Of a stretch of DNA of 64,000 nucleotides, positions 9,717 to 20,042 are shown piece by piece. The position numbers and the translations under genes were made by a program. Source of the stretch: an uncultured Gemmatimonadaceae bacterium (GTDB taxonomy: Bacteria; Gemmatimonadota; Gemmatimonadetes; Gemmatimonadales; Gemmatimonadaceae). The stretch is from contig CAWFQK010000005.1 of NCBI GenBank assembly GCA_963817955.1, positions 32,001-96,000 of the forward strand. The letters run 5' to 3'. The notes below the pieces were generated by a model, which did no database searches, was not told where the DNA came from, and saw nothing but the letters and a program-made list of their open reading frames with translations. Each line of letters opens with the position of its first letter. Position 1 is the first letter of the stretch.

Positions 9717-9976
9717 GCGCTGAACGATGCGATGAAAGCGCTGAACGACGCGATGAAAGGGCTGTACAACGCGATGCAAGCGCTGAAATTCGCGATACCA
9801 GCGCCAAAATTCGCGATACCAGCGCCAAAATTCGCGATGCAAGCGCCAAAACTCGCGATACCAGCGCTGAAATTCGCGATGCAAGCGCCAAAACTCGCGA
9901 TACCAGCGCTGAAATTCGCGATGCAAGCGCCAAAACTCGCGATGCGAGCGTCAAAATTCGCGATGCAAGCGCTGTA
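9717..9976. repeat. 21-bp degenerate tandem repeat, ~12 units (consensus GCGCYRAAAYTCGCGATRCMA)
   Basis: Directly visible; contiguous units with no spacers. Confidence 0.95.
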
Positions 9977-9990
9977 CGGCTGACCCTCAG

Positions 9991-10125
9991 CGTGTTTCGC
10001 TGACCCGATCACGTGTTTCGCTGACCCGATCACGTGTTTCGCTGACCCGATCACGTGTTTCGCTGACCCGATCACGTGTTTCGCTGACCCGATCACGTGT
10101 TTCGCTGACCCGATCACGTGTTTCG
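9991..10125. repeat. 21-bp perfect tandem repeat, 6 units plus partial (CGTGTTTCGCTGACCCGATCA)
   Basis: Directly visible identical contiguous units. Confidence 0.97.
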
Positions 10126-10219
10126 GCGGGCACATCGCGTGTTCCGATGACCCGTTCACGCCGTCCGCTCGCCTGAGCGGACATTCTGTCCATGTATTGA
10201 CCGAGCCCCGCGACCCGAG

Positions 10220-11210
10220 CTACTGCAGCGCTTCCTTCCGAAGCAGCGCTGCCGCTTCGCGTGCAAAGTACGTGATGATCACATCTGCGCCCGCGCGCCG
10301 AATGCCGAGCAGCGAGTCCATCATCACGCGCTCACGGTCGATCCAGCCGCGGTCGGCCGCCGCGTGGATCATGGAGAACTCGCCACTCACCTGATACGCC
10401 GCGACGGGGTAGCCGGTTTCCGACTTCACGCGGTGAATGATGTCGAGAAATGGTCCGGCCGGTTTCACCATTACCATGTCCGCGCCTTCTTCGATGTCGA
10501 GCAGCACCTCGCGCAGCGCCTCGTCGGTGTTCGCGGCGTCCATCTGATAACTGCGGCGATCCCCGAACTGCGGCGTCGATTCGGCGGCTTCGCGAAACGG
10601 GCCGTAAAATGCGCCGGCGAACTTGGCCGCATAGCTGAGAATGGGCGTGTTCGAGAACCCGTGCTCGTCGAGCGCCGCGCGGATTGCCGCGACGCGGCCG
10701 TCCATCATGTCGCTTGGCGCAATGACGTCGGCGCCGGCACGGGCGTGAGAGACCGCTTCGCGCGCCAGGAGCTCGAGCGTGGCGTCGTTGTCGACATCAT
10801 TGTCGCGGATCACGCCGCAGTGGCCGTGGTCGGTGTACTCACACAGGCAGACGTCGGTAATCACCACGAGCTCCGGCACCTCGCGCTTCAGCGCCCGCAC
10901 CGCCTGCTGCACCGGTGCGTCGTCGCTCCATGCCTCGGAGCCCGTCGCGTCCTTGCGATCGGGAATGCCGAACAACAGCACACCGCCAATCCCGAGCGCC
11001 GCAGCAGCGCGGGCGTCGCGGATCAATTCGTCCACTGATGTCTGATCGACTCCAGTCATCGACTGGACGGGCTGACGAATTCCCGTTCCCGGAGCGCACG
11101 AACAGCGGCAGAACGAGCTGGGATGGCTGGAGCCACGTTTCGCGCACCATGCGTCGTAACGCGGCGGTACGACGCAGCCGCCGAGGGCGGGAAATAGGAA
11201 AGGACGGCAT
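10220..11210 (-). pseudogene. hemB: Porphobilinogen synthase with a 1-nt frameshift (possibly a sequencing error)
   Basis: N-terminus [15 protein letters not shown]...LVLPLFV in ORF 10839..11210; remainder [34 protein letters not shown] in ORF 10220..11059; removing one base of CCC 11088-11090 joins them. Confidence 0.88.
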
Positions 11211-11233
11211 GATCGAAAGCTAACGTCTCGCTG

Positions 11234-12199
11234 CTACTCCGGCTGCGGCGCAGGAACTTGCTCGGCGCGACGGAGCGCCGCCAGAATCTCGCTCGCGCCG
11301 CGATGCCGCAATTCGTTCGCCAGTCGTACGCCGCTCAGTTCCGGCTGCTCGACGTCGAGGGCGATGGAGCCGCGCAGCAGTTGCTTGCCCTTCACGTCGC
11401 CAATGAAACCGTGCAGCATCGCGCCCTGGTCCGTTCGCACCACGAGCGCCCCGATCGGTACCTGGCATCCGCCCTCGAGCGCGGCAAGGAAGGCGCGCTC
11501 CGCCGTCGTGTCGATCCGCGTCTGCTCGTCGCCGAGCGGCGCGAACGCTTGACGTGCCACGTCGTCGTCACTGCGAATCTGAATGGCGATCGCACCTTGG
11601 CCGGCGGCCGGTAGCCACTGCGGCGCGTCGAGGTACGACGTGATGCGCTGTGAGACGCCGAGCCGGTGCAGCCCAGCCGCGGCGAGGACTGCCGCATGGA
11701 CCTGTCCGTCGTCCACTTTCTTGATGCGCGTCGGCACGTTTCCGCGCAGGTCCGCGATATCGAGATCGGGACGCGCCGCCAGCAATTGCGAGCGGCGGCG
11801 CAGGCTCGACGTTCCGACGCGAGATCCCGGCGGAAGTTCATGGAGCGTACTGACGCCGATGATGTCGTTGACGATCAACACATCGCGCGGGTCTTCGCGT
11901 TCGAGCAACGCGACCAGCTCGAGCCCCGGCGGCATCTCGGTGGGCAGGTCTTTCAACGAGTGCACGCAGCAATGGACCTTGCCTCTGGCCAGATCGTGCT
12001 CGAGCTCTTTGGTAAACAGACCCTTGGCGCCGATGGCGCTCAGCGATTCGTTGAGCCGCGTGTCACCGACCGTCTTGTACGTCTTGAGCTCGGAGTCGAT
12101 GCCGCGCTCGGTGAGCAACTGCTGCACCGTTCTGGCCTGTCGGAGCGCGAGCTCCGACATTCGGGTGGCGATGATGATCGGACCGTTGCGTGTGGGCAC
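11234..12199 (-). CDS. hemC: Hydroxymethylbilane synthase
   Basis: ATRMSELALRQ, KGLFTKELE, VHSLKDLP, GTSSLRR, RGNVPTR, LEGGCQVPIG. Confidence 0.96.
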   Translation of the reverse strand: MPTRNGPIIIATRMSELALRQARTVQQLLTERGIDSELKTYKTVGDTRLNESLSAIGAKGLFTKELEHDLARGKVHCCVHSLKDLPTEMPPGLELVALLEREDPRDVLIVNDIIGVSTLHELPPGSRVGTSSLRRRSQLLAARPDLDIADLRGNVPTRIKKVDDGQVHAAVLAAAGLHRLGVSQRITSYLDAPQWLPAAGQGAIAIQIRSDDDVARQAFAPLGDEQTRIDTTAERAFLAALEGGCQVPIGALVVRTDQGAMLHGFIGDVKGKQLLRGSIALDVEQPELSGVRLANELRHRGASEILAALRRAEQVPAPQPE

Positions 12200-12216
12200 G
12201 GAAGAAAGGGTGCGGG

Positions 12217-13377
12217 TCAGGGCTGCGTCGGCGCGAGATGGCGCGTGATTGCTTCCACTAGTCCAGAAATCGTCGACTCAAATGCTTCTACGGCTACCGT
12301 CAGACCGGCAGCACGCGCTGCGTCGCTCGTGACCGGACCAATGCTTGCCGCCGGCGCCAGGTGCGCGGCATCGTCACCGACGGCATCGACGAACGCCTTG
12401 ACCGCCGACGCCGACGTGAACGTCACGAGATCCGCGCCGCCATCGAGCAGCCGCGTACGAAGTTCCGCGGCGCCGGTTCCGTCGGGGGCGGAGCGATACA
12501 AGACGATCCGATCGACGACGGCGCCCAGCTCTTCCAGGCCGTCCTGAAGCGTTTCGCGCGCGCCCTGCGCTGCCGGGTATAGCATGCGCACACCGCGTAC
12601 ATCACGCCGGCCCCGCATGGCGTCGAGCAGCGCCTCGGCCACGAAGCGGTCGGGCGAGACGTCAACGGCAAGGCCCCGGTCGAGCAACGCCGCCGCCGTT
12701 GCCGGTCCCACGGCGGCGATCTTCACGCCGGCCAGCGCGCGCGCATCGCGCGATTCGGCGCGAAGCACGTCCCAGAAGATCTGAACCGCATTCTGGCTGG
12801 TGAATAGCACCCACCCATACTCGGAGAGCCGCGCCAGCGCTGCCCGTAGCTGAGCAGGATCCATCACTTCGATCCGCGTGGCCGGCATTTCCCACACGGT
12901 AGCGCCCTCTGAGGACAGCAGGCCACTGAGTGACGCCGCCTGCGAGCGCGCGCGCGTCACGACGATGCGCTTTCCGTGCAACGGACGTCGGGTGATGCCG
13001 GCCGTCACACCGGGAACGATTTCAAAACGAACACCGGCTCCGGTCAGCGCCTGCGCCTCCTCGCTGCCGCGGCCGAAGACCAGTGCGTCGCCGCCGTTCA
13101 GGCGTACGACGCGTTTCCCCTCCCGGCCGAGCCGCACGAGCAGGTCGTTGATGACGTCCTGTCGCGCCGATTCGGCCGCGTCTCCACGCGTGCCCACGTT
13201 GTGCATCTCGGCGGGAGTGCGGCGCTCATACGCCGAAGCGAGCGCGAGCAACGCAGGATTCGTCTGTGCGTCGTATACGATGGCGTCGGCGTTGACGAGT
13301 AGCTCGGCACCGCGCAGCGTCAGCAACCCTGGGTCGCCAGGTCCCGCGCCAACGAGGTAGACGATGCCCTCGGTCAT
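12217..13377 (-). CDS. hemD: Uroporphyrinogen-III synthase fused to a truncated uroporphyrinogen-III C-methyltransferase (CobA) domain
   Basis: VYLVGAGPGDPGLLTLRG N-terminus; HemD motifs RIVVTRAR, LFTSQNAV, AAVGPATA, VTFTSASAV, SIGPVTS. Confidence 0.88.
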   Translation of the reverse strand: MTEGIVYLVGAGPGDPGLLTLRGAELLVNADAIVYDAQTNPALLALASAYERRTPAEMHNVGTRGDAAESARQDVINDLLVRLGREGKRVVRLNGGDALVFGRGSEEAQALTGAGVRFEIVPGVTAGITRRPLHGKRIVVTRARSQAASLSGLLSSEGATVWEMPATRIEVMDPAQLRAALARLSEYGWVLFTSQNAVQIFWDVLRAESRDARALAGVKIAAVGPATAAALLDRGLAVDVSPDRFVAEALLDAMRGRRDVRGVRMLYPAAQGARETLQDGLEELGAVVDRIVLYRSAPDGTGAAELRTRLLDGGADLVTFTSASAVKAFVDAVGDDAAHLAPAASIGPVTSDAARAAGLTVAVEAFESTISGLVEAITRHLAPTQP

Positions 13378-13511
13378 TGCGACCGCGTCACTCCGTCGAG
13401 CCGTGCCCGCAGCTTGCGCGCCCGCGCCCACAGGGTCACGGCATAGGCGAAGTAGATGATCGCTGCGACCGCGTAGCCGGCGTAGTAGGAGCTGGTCGTA
13501 TCAGGCATCAT
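13374..13511 (-). CDS. ccmD: Heme exporter protein D-like small membrane protein
   Basis: 45 aa, one TM segment plus basic tail, overlaps the ccmC end. Confidence 0.65.
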   Translation of the reverse strand: MMPDTTSSYYAGYAVAAIIYFAYAVTLWARARKLRARLDGVTRSQ

Positions 13512-14247
13512 AGGCTCCGTCGGCGTCGAGCGACGTAACGAGTTCGCGGAGAACCCCAAGGCGATACCGCGCTCGAATGAGCGCGACACAGAACAACGTG
13601 AATGCGCAGAACGCCAGCACGAACGTGATCAACATCTCCGACGGCAGCGACGGACGGTCCGGCTTGAGCACGACCGGCATGGGGTGCAGGCGCGCCGCGA
13701 AGAAGTAGACGCTCAAGTGAATGAACGGAATCAACAGCGCGCCCAGAATGCTCAACACCGCCGAGTAGCGCGCTCGCATCGCGGCATCATCGATGCCGTC
13801 GCGCAGAATGAGATAGGCAGCGACGATGAACCACAGGAAGAGCGTGAGCGTGAGCCGCGCGTCCCACCAGGCCCACCAGGCGCCCCAGATCTTGTGCGCC
13901 CAGATCGGGCCTGTGGTGAGTACAACGGTGAGAAACACGATGCCGACTTCGGCGCTTGCTTCCGCGAGACGGTCGGCGCGCTCGTCGTGCAACCACAGAT
14001 AGACAATCGACATCAGCGCGGTGAGCCCCACGGCGATGTACGCACTCAGCGCCGCGGGCACGTGGATGTAGTAGATCTTCTGCGCCGCGCCTTGCAGCGC
14101 TTCGAGCGGCGTGAAGTACATGGCGCGAATGTAGACGCCGATCACGGCCAGTACGGCAATGCCGAAGAACCAGTCGAACACCGGTTTGGGCTGGAGCGGC
14201 AGGTGCGCCGGCTCGACGACCGCGTCGCGGGAGTGGACAGATGTCAT
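13501..14247 (-). CDS. ccmC: Heme exporter protein C
   Basis: IYYIHVP, TGPIWAHKIWGAWWAWWDARLT tryptophan-rich motif, LHP. Confidence 0.93.
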   Translation of the reverse strand: MTSVHSRDAVVEPAHLPLQPKPVFDWFFGIAVLAVIGVYIRAMYFTPLEALQGAAQKIYYIHVPAALSAYIAVGLTALMSIVYLWLHDERADRLAEASAEVGIVFLTVVLTTGPIWAHKIWGAWWAWWDARLTLTLFLWFIVAAYLILRDGIDDAAMRARYSAVLSILGALLIPFIHLSVYFFAARLHPMPVVLKPDRPSLPSEMLITFVLAFCAFTLFCVALIRARYRLGVLRELVTSLDADGAYDA

Positions 14248-14939
14248 TCTTCGAGCGTGAAAGGAAACGCGAGCGTACACGCGACGATGAACACCAGATC
14301 GAACGCGATGAGGATCTTCAGGAACGGGACGGCTTCGGCAAGCGGACGGCTGGCAAGCACGCGAGTCGTCGCTTGCGCAGCATTCATCAGAATGGGAACA
14401 AAGAAGGGCAGACTGAGCATCGGCAACAGCAATTCGGCTAGCCGGGTGTTCACGGCCATCGCACTGAACAATGTGCCGACGGCAACGATTCCGACCATCG
14501 CCAGCAGCACGATGCCGCTGACGACCAGGAGCGGCCGACCCACCGGCAGGTTGTAGAATAGCGCCAATGCGGGAATGGCGACGGCTTGAATAGCGCAGAG
14601 GAACAGAAAATTCCCGAACGCCTTGCCGAGGTAGATCGCCTCGCGGCTGATCGGCGAGACGAGCAGCGCATCGATGCCGCGATCATGCTCCTCCAGTCCG
14701 AACGCACGCTGCAGCCCGAGAAGCGCCGAGAATGCCAGCACGACCCACAGCACTCCCGGCGCCCGCTCGGCGGGAGCGATCACCGATTCGTCCCACGAGA
14801 AATAGAAGATACAGAGAGCCAGCACCGCGAAGACGAGGGCCGAAAGAAACGCCGTGCGCGTACGGAACTCGATCGCCAGATCCTTCCGGGCCACGAGCCA
14901 CGCGGCTCCGAGCGTGCCAGGCGCGCGAAGCCCGCTCAT
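14244..14939 (-). CDS. ccmB: Heme exporter protein B
   Basis: KDLAIEFRT, PGVLWV, RAFGLEE..G, LLLPMLSLP. Confidence 0.92.
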   Translation of the reverse strand: MSGLRAPGTLGAAWLVARKDLAIEFRTRTAFLSALVFAVLALCIFYFSWDESVIAPAERAPGVLWVVLAFSALLGLQRAFGLEEHDRGIDALLVSPISREAIYLGKAFGNFLFLCAIQAVAIPALALFYNLPVGRPLLVVSGIVLLAMVGIVAVGTLFSAMAVNTRLAELLLPMLSLPFFVPILMNAAQATTRVLASRPLAEAVPFLKILIAFDLVFIVACTLAFPFTLEE

Positions 14940-15688
14940 ACGCCGACGCTCATCGAGATTCGCGACGCGCCGTCGTTGCCGATGACGAGCGCGCGATAAT
15001 CGGCGAAGTAGCGTCGCGGGTCGAGCGACGCGGCGGTGTCGTGACGAACCAGGCGACCACCGAGCATGATCGCGGCATGGGATGCCACGGCGAGGCCTTC
15101 GTCGACGTTGTGGGTGACCAGGAGCAGCGCGGCGCCCGCCGCGCGCAAGGTGCCGAGCATGTCCGTCAGCGCAGCCCCGCCGGCAGCGTCGAGGCCAGTG
15201 TACGGCTCGTCGAGTAGCACGACGCCTGGCCCGTGCACGATGGCTCGAGCGATCGAGACGCGCTGCTGCAATCCACGGCTCAGAGCGCGCACCGGCGCGT
15301 CGGCACGATCAAGGATACGCATCCGCTCGAGCGCGCGAGTCGCCGCGGCACCGTAGTCTGTCACGCCATACAGCCGAGCCGCGAATTCCACGTTTTCGCG
15401 GGCAGTGAGCGCGCGGTACAGCATGCTCTGGTGCGAGATCAGCCCCACCTGGGCACGTGCGCCGGCGTCGTCGCGCAGAGCACGGCCACCAACGTGCACA
15501 CTCCCCGTCGTCGGCCTGAGCAAGCCGGCGATGACGCGCAGCAACGTCGTCTTGCCGGCGCCGTTCGGACCGAACAGTGCCAAACAGTCGCCGGCAGCAA
15601 GTGAAAGGTCCACGCCAGCCACCGCTCGCCGTCGGCCATAGGTTCTGCTGACGCCGGAAACCTCGACCACCGATGGGGTTAGGGGCAT
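14936..15688 (-). CDS. ccmA: Heme ABC exporter ATP-binding protein
   Basis: [22 protein letters not shown]; first gene of the ccm operon. Confidence 0.9.
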   Translation of the reverse strand: MPLTPSVVEVSGVSRTYGRRRAVAGVDLSLAAGDCLALFGPNGAGKTTLLRVIAGLLRPTTGSVHVGGRALRDDAGARAQVGLISHQSMLYRALTARENVEFAARLYGVTDYGAAATRALERMRILDRADAPVRALSRGLQQRVSIARAIVHGPGVVLLDEPYTGLDAAGGAALTDMLGTLRAAGAALLLVTHNVDEGLAVASHAAIMLGGRLVRHDTAASLDPRRYFADYRALVIGNDGASRISMSVGV

Positions 15689-15741
15689 GCTGCAAAGATA
15701 AGCGATCCGCGGACAAGGCTTCGGCTGGCTATGAATTGACC

Positions 15742-15837
15742 GTTGCTGGTTGCCGGTTGCTCGTTGCCGGCTGCCCGTTGCACATTCCGGCGTACTGCGA
15801 GCAACGGGTAACGAGCCACCAGTCACCAGCGACCAGC
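15742..15837. repeat. Imperfect palindrome with heptamer (GTTGCYS)n arms
   Basis: GTTGCTG GTTGCCG GTTGCTC GTTGCCG... with complementary arm GAGCAAC GGGTAAC GAGCCAC CAGTCAC CAGCGAC ending at the acs ATG. Confidence 0.7.
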
Positions 15838-17802
15838 ATGTCTGAGATCGACGCCCTTCTCCAAGAGCACCGCAGGTTCGCCCCGCCCGACGCCTTCCGC
15901 CGTGGCGCCCACGTTTCCGACCACGCGCTCTACGAGAGCGCCGCACGGGATCCCGAGGCGTTCTGGGAAGCGCAGGCCAGAGAGCTGGAGTGGTTCAAGA
16001 AATGGGACCGCGTGCTGGACTGGAAACCGCCGCATGCCCAGTGGTTCCTGAACGGAAAGCTCAACGTTTCCGTGAACTGTATCGACCGTCACATCAAGAC
16101 GGCGCGACGCAACAAGGCGGCGCTGATCTGGGAAGGCGAACCGGGCGACCGCCGAACGTTGACGTACTGGGACTTGTACGTCGACGTGCAGAAGTTCGCT
16201 AATGTCCTCAAGAAACTCGGCGTGGTGCGTGGCGACCGCGTGGCCATCTACATGCCGCTCGTGCCCGAGGTGGCGATCGCCATGCTCGCCTGCACGCGGA
16301 TTGGCGCAATCCACTCTGTGGTGTTCGGCGGATTCTCCCCTGAGTCGCTGAGCGATCGCATCAACGATGCGCAAGCGAAGGTATTGATCACGGCCGATGG
16401 CGGCTATCGGCGCGGCGCCATTGTTCCGCTCAAGCGGAACGCGGACAAGGCGCTCGAGGACTGTCCGACCATTGAGCACGTGGTCGTGGTGCAGCGGCGT
16501 CCGGGTGCCGGGGGCGATGAAGCATTCGCCGATATGGTCGAAGGTCGCGACCACTGGTGGCATCGCCTGATGCGCGAGTCGTCCGCTGTGTGCGAGCCCG
16601 AGCAGATGGACGCAGAAGACGTGTTGTACATCCTGTACACGTCGGGCACCACGGGGCAACCGAAAGGCATCGTGCACACCACGGGCGGCTATCTCGTGGG
16701 CGTGACTGCGACGAGCAAGCTCGTGTTCGACCTGCAGGAGGATGACGTGTTCTGGTGCACCGCCGACGTCGGCTGGGTCACGGGGCATTCATATGTCGTC
16801 TACGGACCGCTCGCCAATGGCGCAACGTGCCTGATGTACGAAGGCGCTCCCGATTGGCCGGAGAAAGATCGCTTCTGGGAGCTCTGCGAGCGCCACGGCG
16901 TGACGATTCTCTATACCGCCCCCACAGCCATTCGCGCGTTCATGAAATGGGGGGATCAGCACCCAGCCAAGCACGACCTCTCGCGTTTGCGACTGCTCGG
17001 TTCCGTCGGTGAACCGATCAATCCCGAAGCATGGATGTGGTATCAACAGCAGATCGGCGGCGGCCGCTGTCCCATTGTCGACACATGGTGGCAAACGGAA
17101 ACCGGCGCGATCGTCATCTCGCCGCTGCCCGGCGTGACTGAAACGAAACCGGGCAGCGCGACGATGCCGCTGCCCGGCTATAGCGCAGCGCTCCTCGATA
17201 CCGCCGGCAATGAGATCGAGGTCGGCGGCGGACTGCTCGCGCTCACGCGTCCGTGGCCGGCGATGCTGCGCACCATCTGGGGTGACGACGAGCGATACGT
17301 GCAGACATACTTCACCAAGTGGGCGAACCGGCCGGATCTCTACTTCCCGGGCGACGGCGCGAAGCGCGATGACGATGGATACTATTGGATTCTCGGCCGC
17401 GTCGACGACGTGCTCAACGTCGCCGGCCACCGCATTGGCACGATGGAGGTGGAGTCTGCACTGGTGGAGCATCCAGCCGTTGCCGAGGCGGCGGTCGTCG
17501 GCAAGGCTCACGAGCTCAAGGGTCAGGCTATCGCCGCGTTCGTCACGCTCCGCGAGGGATTCAAGCACAACCACGAGTTGCGTGAGGAGTTGCGAGAATT
17601 CGTCGCCGAAAAGATCGGCGCGATCGCGCGCCCCGACGACATACTCTTCTCCGCCGATCTTCCCAAGACGCGTTCAGGAAAGATCATGCGTCGGCTGCTG
17701 CGTGACATCGCCGAAGGCCGCGCACTCGGTGATACCACCACGCTCGCCGATCCACACGTCGTGGCCGCGCTGAAGGACCAGTACGAGGCACAGGAGAGTT
17801 GA
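15838..17802 (+). CDS. acs: Acetate--CoA ligase
   Basis: [44 protein letters not shown]. Confidence 0.96.
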   Translation: MSEIDALLQEHRRFAPPDAFRRGAHVSDHALYESAARDPEAFWEAQARELEWFKKWDRVLDWKPPHAQWFLNGKLNVSVNCIDRHIKTARRNKAALIWEGEPGDRRTLTYWDLYVDVQKFANVLKKLGVVRGDRVAIYMPLVPEVAIAMLACTRIGAIHSVVFGGFSPESLSDRINDAQAKVLITADGGYRRGAIVPLKRNADKALEDCPTIEHVVVVQRRPGAGGDEAFADMVEGRDHWWHRLMRESSAVCEPEQMDAEDVLYILYTSGTTGQPKGIVHTTGGYLVGVTATSKLVFDLQEDDVFWCTADVGWVTGHSYVVYGPLANGATCLMYEGAPDWPEKDRFWELCERHGVTILYTAPTAIRAFMKWGDQHPAKHDLSRLRLLGSVGEPINPEAWMWYQQQIGGGRCPIVDTWWQTETGAIVISPLPGVTETKPGSATMPLPGYSAALLDTAGNEIEVGGGLLALTRPWPAMLRTIWGDDERYVQTYFTKWANRPDLYFPGDGAKRDDDGYYWILGRVDDVLNVAGHRIGTMEVESALVEHPAVAEAAVVGKAHELKGQAIAAFVTLREGFKHNHELREELREFVAEKIGAIARPDDILFSADLPKTRSGKIMRRLLRDIAEGRALGDTTTLADPHVVAALKDQYEAQES

Positions 17803-17907
17803 GGGACAGGGGGTACGGGGATAGGCTGAGTCTGCCGGCTTATCCCCTATAGCCCGGTACGGAACGTGCCCCCTGTTCCAATCAACCCGTAGCCCTAGAT
17901 TGGATTC

Positions 17908-18297
17908 ATGTTGGCTTTTCTCCGCCGATTCTTTCCTGAACGCATTTTCCGTCGCAAGCTCGAGCCCGCCGCGGATCGCCGTTTGCGACTCGCACAGGCA
18001 CGCGCCGAAGAGGCAGTCATTCGCGCGCATGTCGACAATGCACTGATGTTCGTCGATACGCTGGCTGAAGACATGACGTTTGACCGTGCGATCGACAGCT
18101 ACGTTCGCGAGATGGCGATTCCCGAACCGCTGGCGAGCACGATCGCGACTCGTACACTCGTGGTTCTCGGGCAGGACTTGGTGCCCTACCGCAAGCGCGC
18201 GGTCGACGGCGGCGACGACGACAACCCAGACGAGCGTCCGAAGCTGCGATTGAATGACGCGCAGCGCGCAACGTCGAGAACGGTGAAGAGGGCGTGA
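17908..18297 (+). CDS. Hypothetical protein
   Basis: 129-aa ORF with protein-like composition, followed by a terminator. Confidence 0.7.
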   Translation: MLAFLRRFFPERIFRRKLEPAADRRLRLAQARAEEAVIRAHVDNALMFVDTLAEDMTFDRAIDSYVREMAIPEPLASTIATRTLVVLGQDLVPYRKRAVDGGDDDNPDERPKLRLNDAQRATSRTVKRA

Positions 18298-18323
18298 AAA
18301 AAGCCGGCATTACGCCGGCTTTT
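18298..18323. terminator. Bidirectional intrinsic terminator
   Basis: AAAAAGCCGGC-attac-GCCGGCTTTT between convergent genes. Confidence 0.85.
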
Positions 18324-18355
18324 CCATTGGCTATCCGAGCAGTGACTCCAAGCGA

Positions 18356-18799
18356 TCACTCTGGCACGCACTCCACCACGGCGCGCTGCTCTCGCCAATC
18401 AAGCTGTGCGAGCACGAAGAGGAGCAATACCATCATCGCCGATCCGATGCACCACTCACACCATGCGTGGATGACGTACGCCTCGAGGTAGTTGAGCCAC
18501 GCAGTAAAGAGGACGCCCCATCCCGTCAGCACCAGCATCGCCAGGGAGATCGCTCGCGAATCAGCAAAACGTTCCTGAAGCCCAGCGATCGACAGCGCGA
18601 GCATCCCCACGTAGAACCCCGTGCCCCACATCGCCACCGGTACGCCGAGGAACATGGCCCAGCGGCTGGTCTGCACCTGCTCGCACGAGCCGACATTGCA
18701 GGCAAGCGAGCCGACAAAGCCGTAGTGGTACAGCGTGAGGTAGACGCCAAGGAACAGCCCCGCGAGGCTGATCAGCGCCGACCACATGCGCGTGTTCAT
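18356..18799 (-). CDS. Vitamin K epoxide reductase (VKOR) family protein
   Basis: CNVGSCEQVQTSRWA loop cysteines, CEWC motif, four TM segments. Confidence 0.92.
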   Translation of the reverse strand: MNTRMWSALISLAGLFLGVYLTLYHYGFVGSLACNVGSCEQVQTSRWAMFLGVPVAMWGTGFYVGMLALSIAGLQERFADSRAISLAMLVLTGWGVLFTAWLNYLEAYVIHAWCEWCIGSAMMVLLLFVLAQLDWREQRAVVECVPE

Positions 18800-19608
18800 T
18801 CGCCCTTCTTCGCCGGCACGTGCGAGGCGCCCTGCTTGCCAGTGTCACTGCCCGCCGGCACGCTCTTGCCCGACGCGGCGATGGCATCATCGACCATCTG
18901 CTTGAACTGATCGTACGTGAGGAACTCCTCGATCTGTTTCGTGCCGAAGATGAACGTGGGCGTGCCACCCACCTGGCGCGCCATGGCAAGCTTCCAGTGC
19001 GCCTGCACCTTTGCCTGCGTCTTCTTGGTATCGACGCATTTATTGAACTGATCGGCGTTGATGCCTGGCACCTGATCGCCGACCTCCTTCAACACCTTGT
19101 CGGGATTGCTCGTTGCCTCGGTGTTCCAGCGGTCCTGGCTCCCGAAGATTGCGTCGTGGAGCTCCCAGAATTTTCCTTGCTCGTCACCACAGGCCGCGGC
19201 CCGCGACGCGTTCCACGTATTCCGGTGCATGTCGAGAGGAAAATCGATGAAGCGCATCCGGATCCGACCGGTGGCGACGAGGCGCGTACGCACGTCGGGC
19301 TCAGTCAGCGTCACGAACCGTCCGCACTGCGGACATTCAAAGTCGCCGAATTCGGTGACCTCTATGGGCGCCGAGGGGCTGCCCATCACGTATCCTGCTG
19401 ACGCGACCGTCGGGAGCGTCGAGTCGATGGGGCTCGCGTTGGCGACGCCGCTCGGGCGGGTCGACGCGTACGTGAGCGCGGCGACGCCAACAACGGCGAT
19501 CACCGCGATGATGAGATAGAACGCGCGATTTGACGTCGATGCCTTCTTCGACGCCTTCACGACTCCTGACTGTCGTCCTCGTCCGGTATCCACTCGCTTA
19601 TTTGCCAT
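18796..19608 (-). CDS. DsbA family thioredoxin-fold protein
   Basis: N-terminal TM anchor, GSPSAPIEVTEFGDFECPQC, GGTPTF. Confidence 0.9.
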   Translation of the reverse strand: MANKRVDTGRGRQSGVVKASKKASTSNRAFYLIIAVIAVVGVAALTYASTRPSGVANASPIDSTLPTVASAGYVMGSPSAPIEVTEFGDFECPQCGRFVTLTEPDVRTRLVATGRIRMRFIDFPLDMHRNTWNASRAAACGDEQGKFWELHDAIFGSQDRWNTEATSNPDKVLKEVGDQVPGINADQFNKCVDTKKTQAKVQAHWKLAMARQVGGTPTFIFGTKQIEEFLTYDQFKQMVDDAIAASGKSVPAGSDTGKQGASHVPAKKGE

Positions 19609-19862
19609 TGGCCTTCGTTGTCTTGTTGGGCCTCGCGCACGATGCGCCGATTGTCGGCGACTTCCGGCGTATCATACGTGATGCGGACTTCATAGTGAAA
19701 GAGCTCGCTGCGCACGTCGCCGATCAGGCGCATCAGCTCGCCGGCCTGCTCCAGGAGTCTGCCCTGTCCGTCCAGCTCGCGAATGCGATCGGCCAAGGCT
19801 CGTAGGAGCGCCTCGAGTTGGCGCGCCCGTCCCTCGTCGTACGTCTGCTCCTGCTCCGACAT
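19557..19862 (-). CDS. Hypothetical protein
   Basis: ATG MSEQEQTY preceded by GGAGG; helical acidic protein. Confidence 0.65.
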   Translation of the reverse strand: MSEQEQTYDEGRARQLEALLRALADRIRELDGQGRLLEQAGELMRLIGDVRSELFHYEVRITYDTPEVADNRRIVREAQQDNEGQWQISEWIPDEDDSQES

Positions 19863-20042
19863 GTCGCCAGCCTCCGACCGCCGCGAATTCGGCCGTCTCA
19901 ACCATGGAGAAAGATGCTATCATGGTACCTAGGTTGCGCAAGGAAGTTGCCGAGTGCGACGGGAGAGGGGAACGACCGGTCATGAGCCGAACCTTCGACG
20001 CTATCGCGATCGCCAACCTTCCATCTCCAATTTCTCATCTCC

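Noticed and set aside
9717..10125. CRISPR array
   Set aside because: Units are contiguous with no unique spacers; no cas genes in the window
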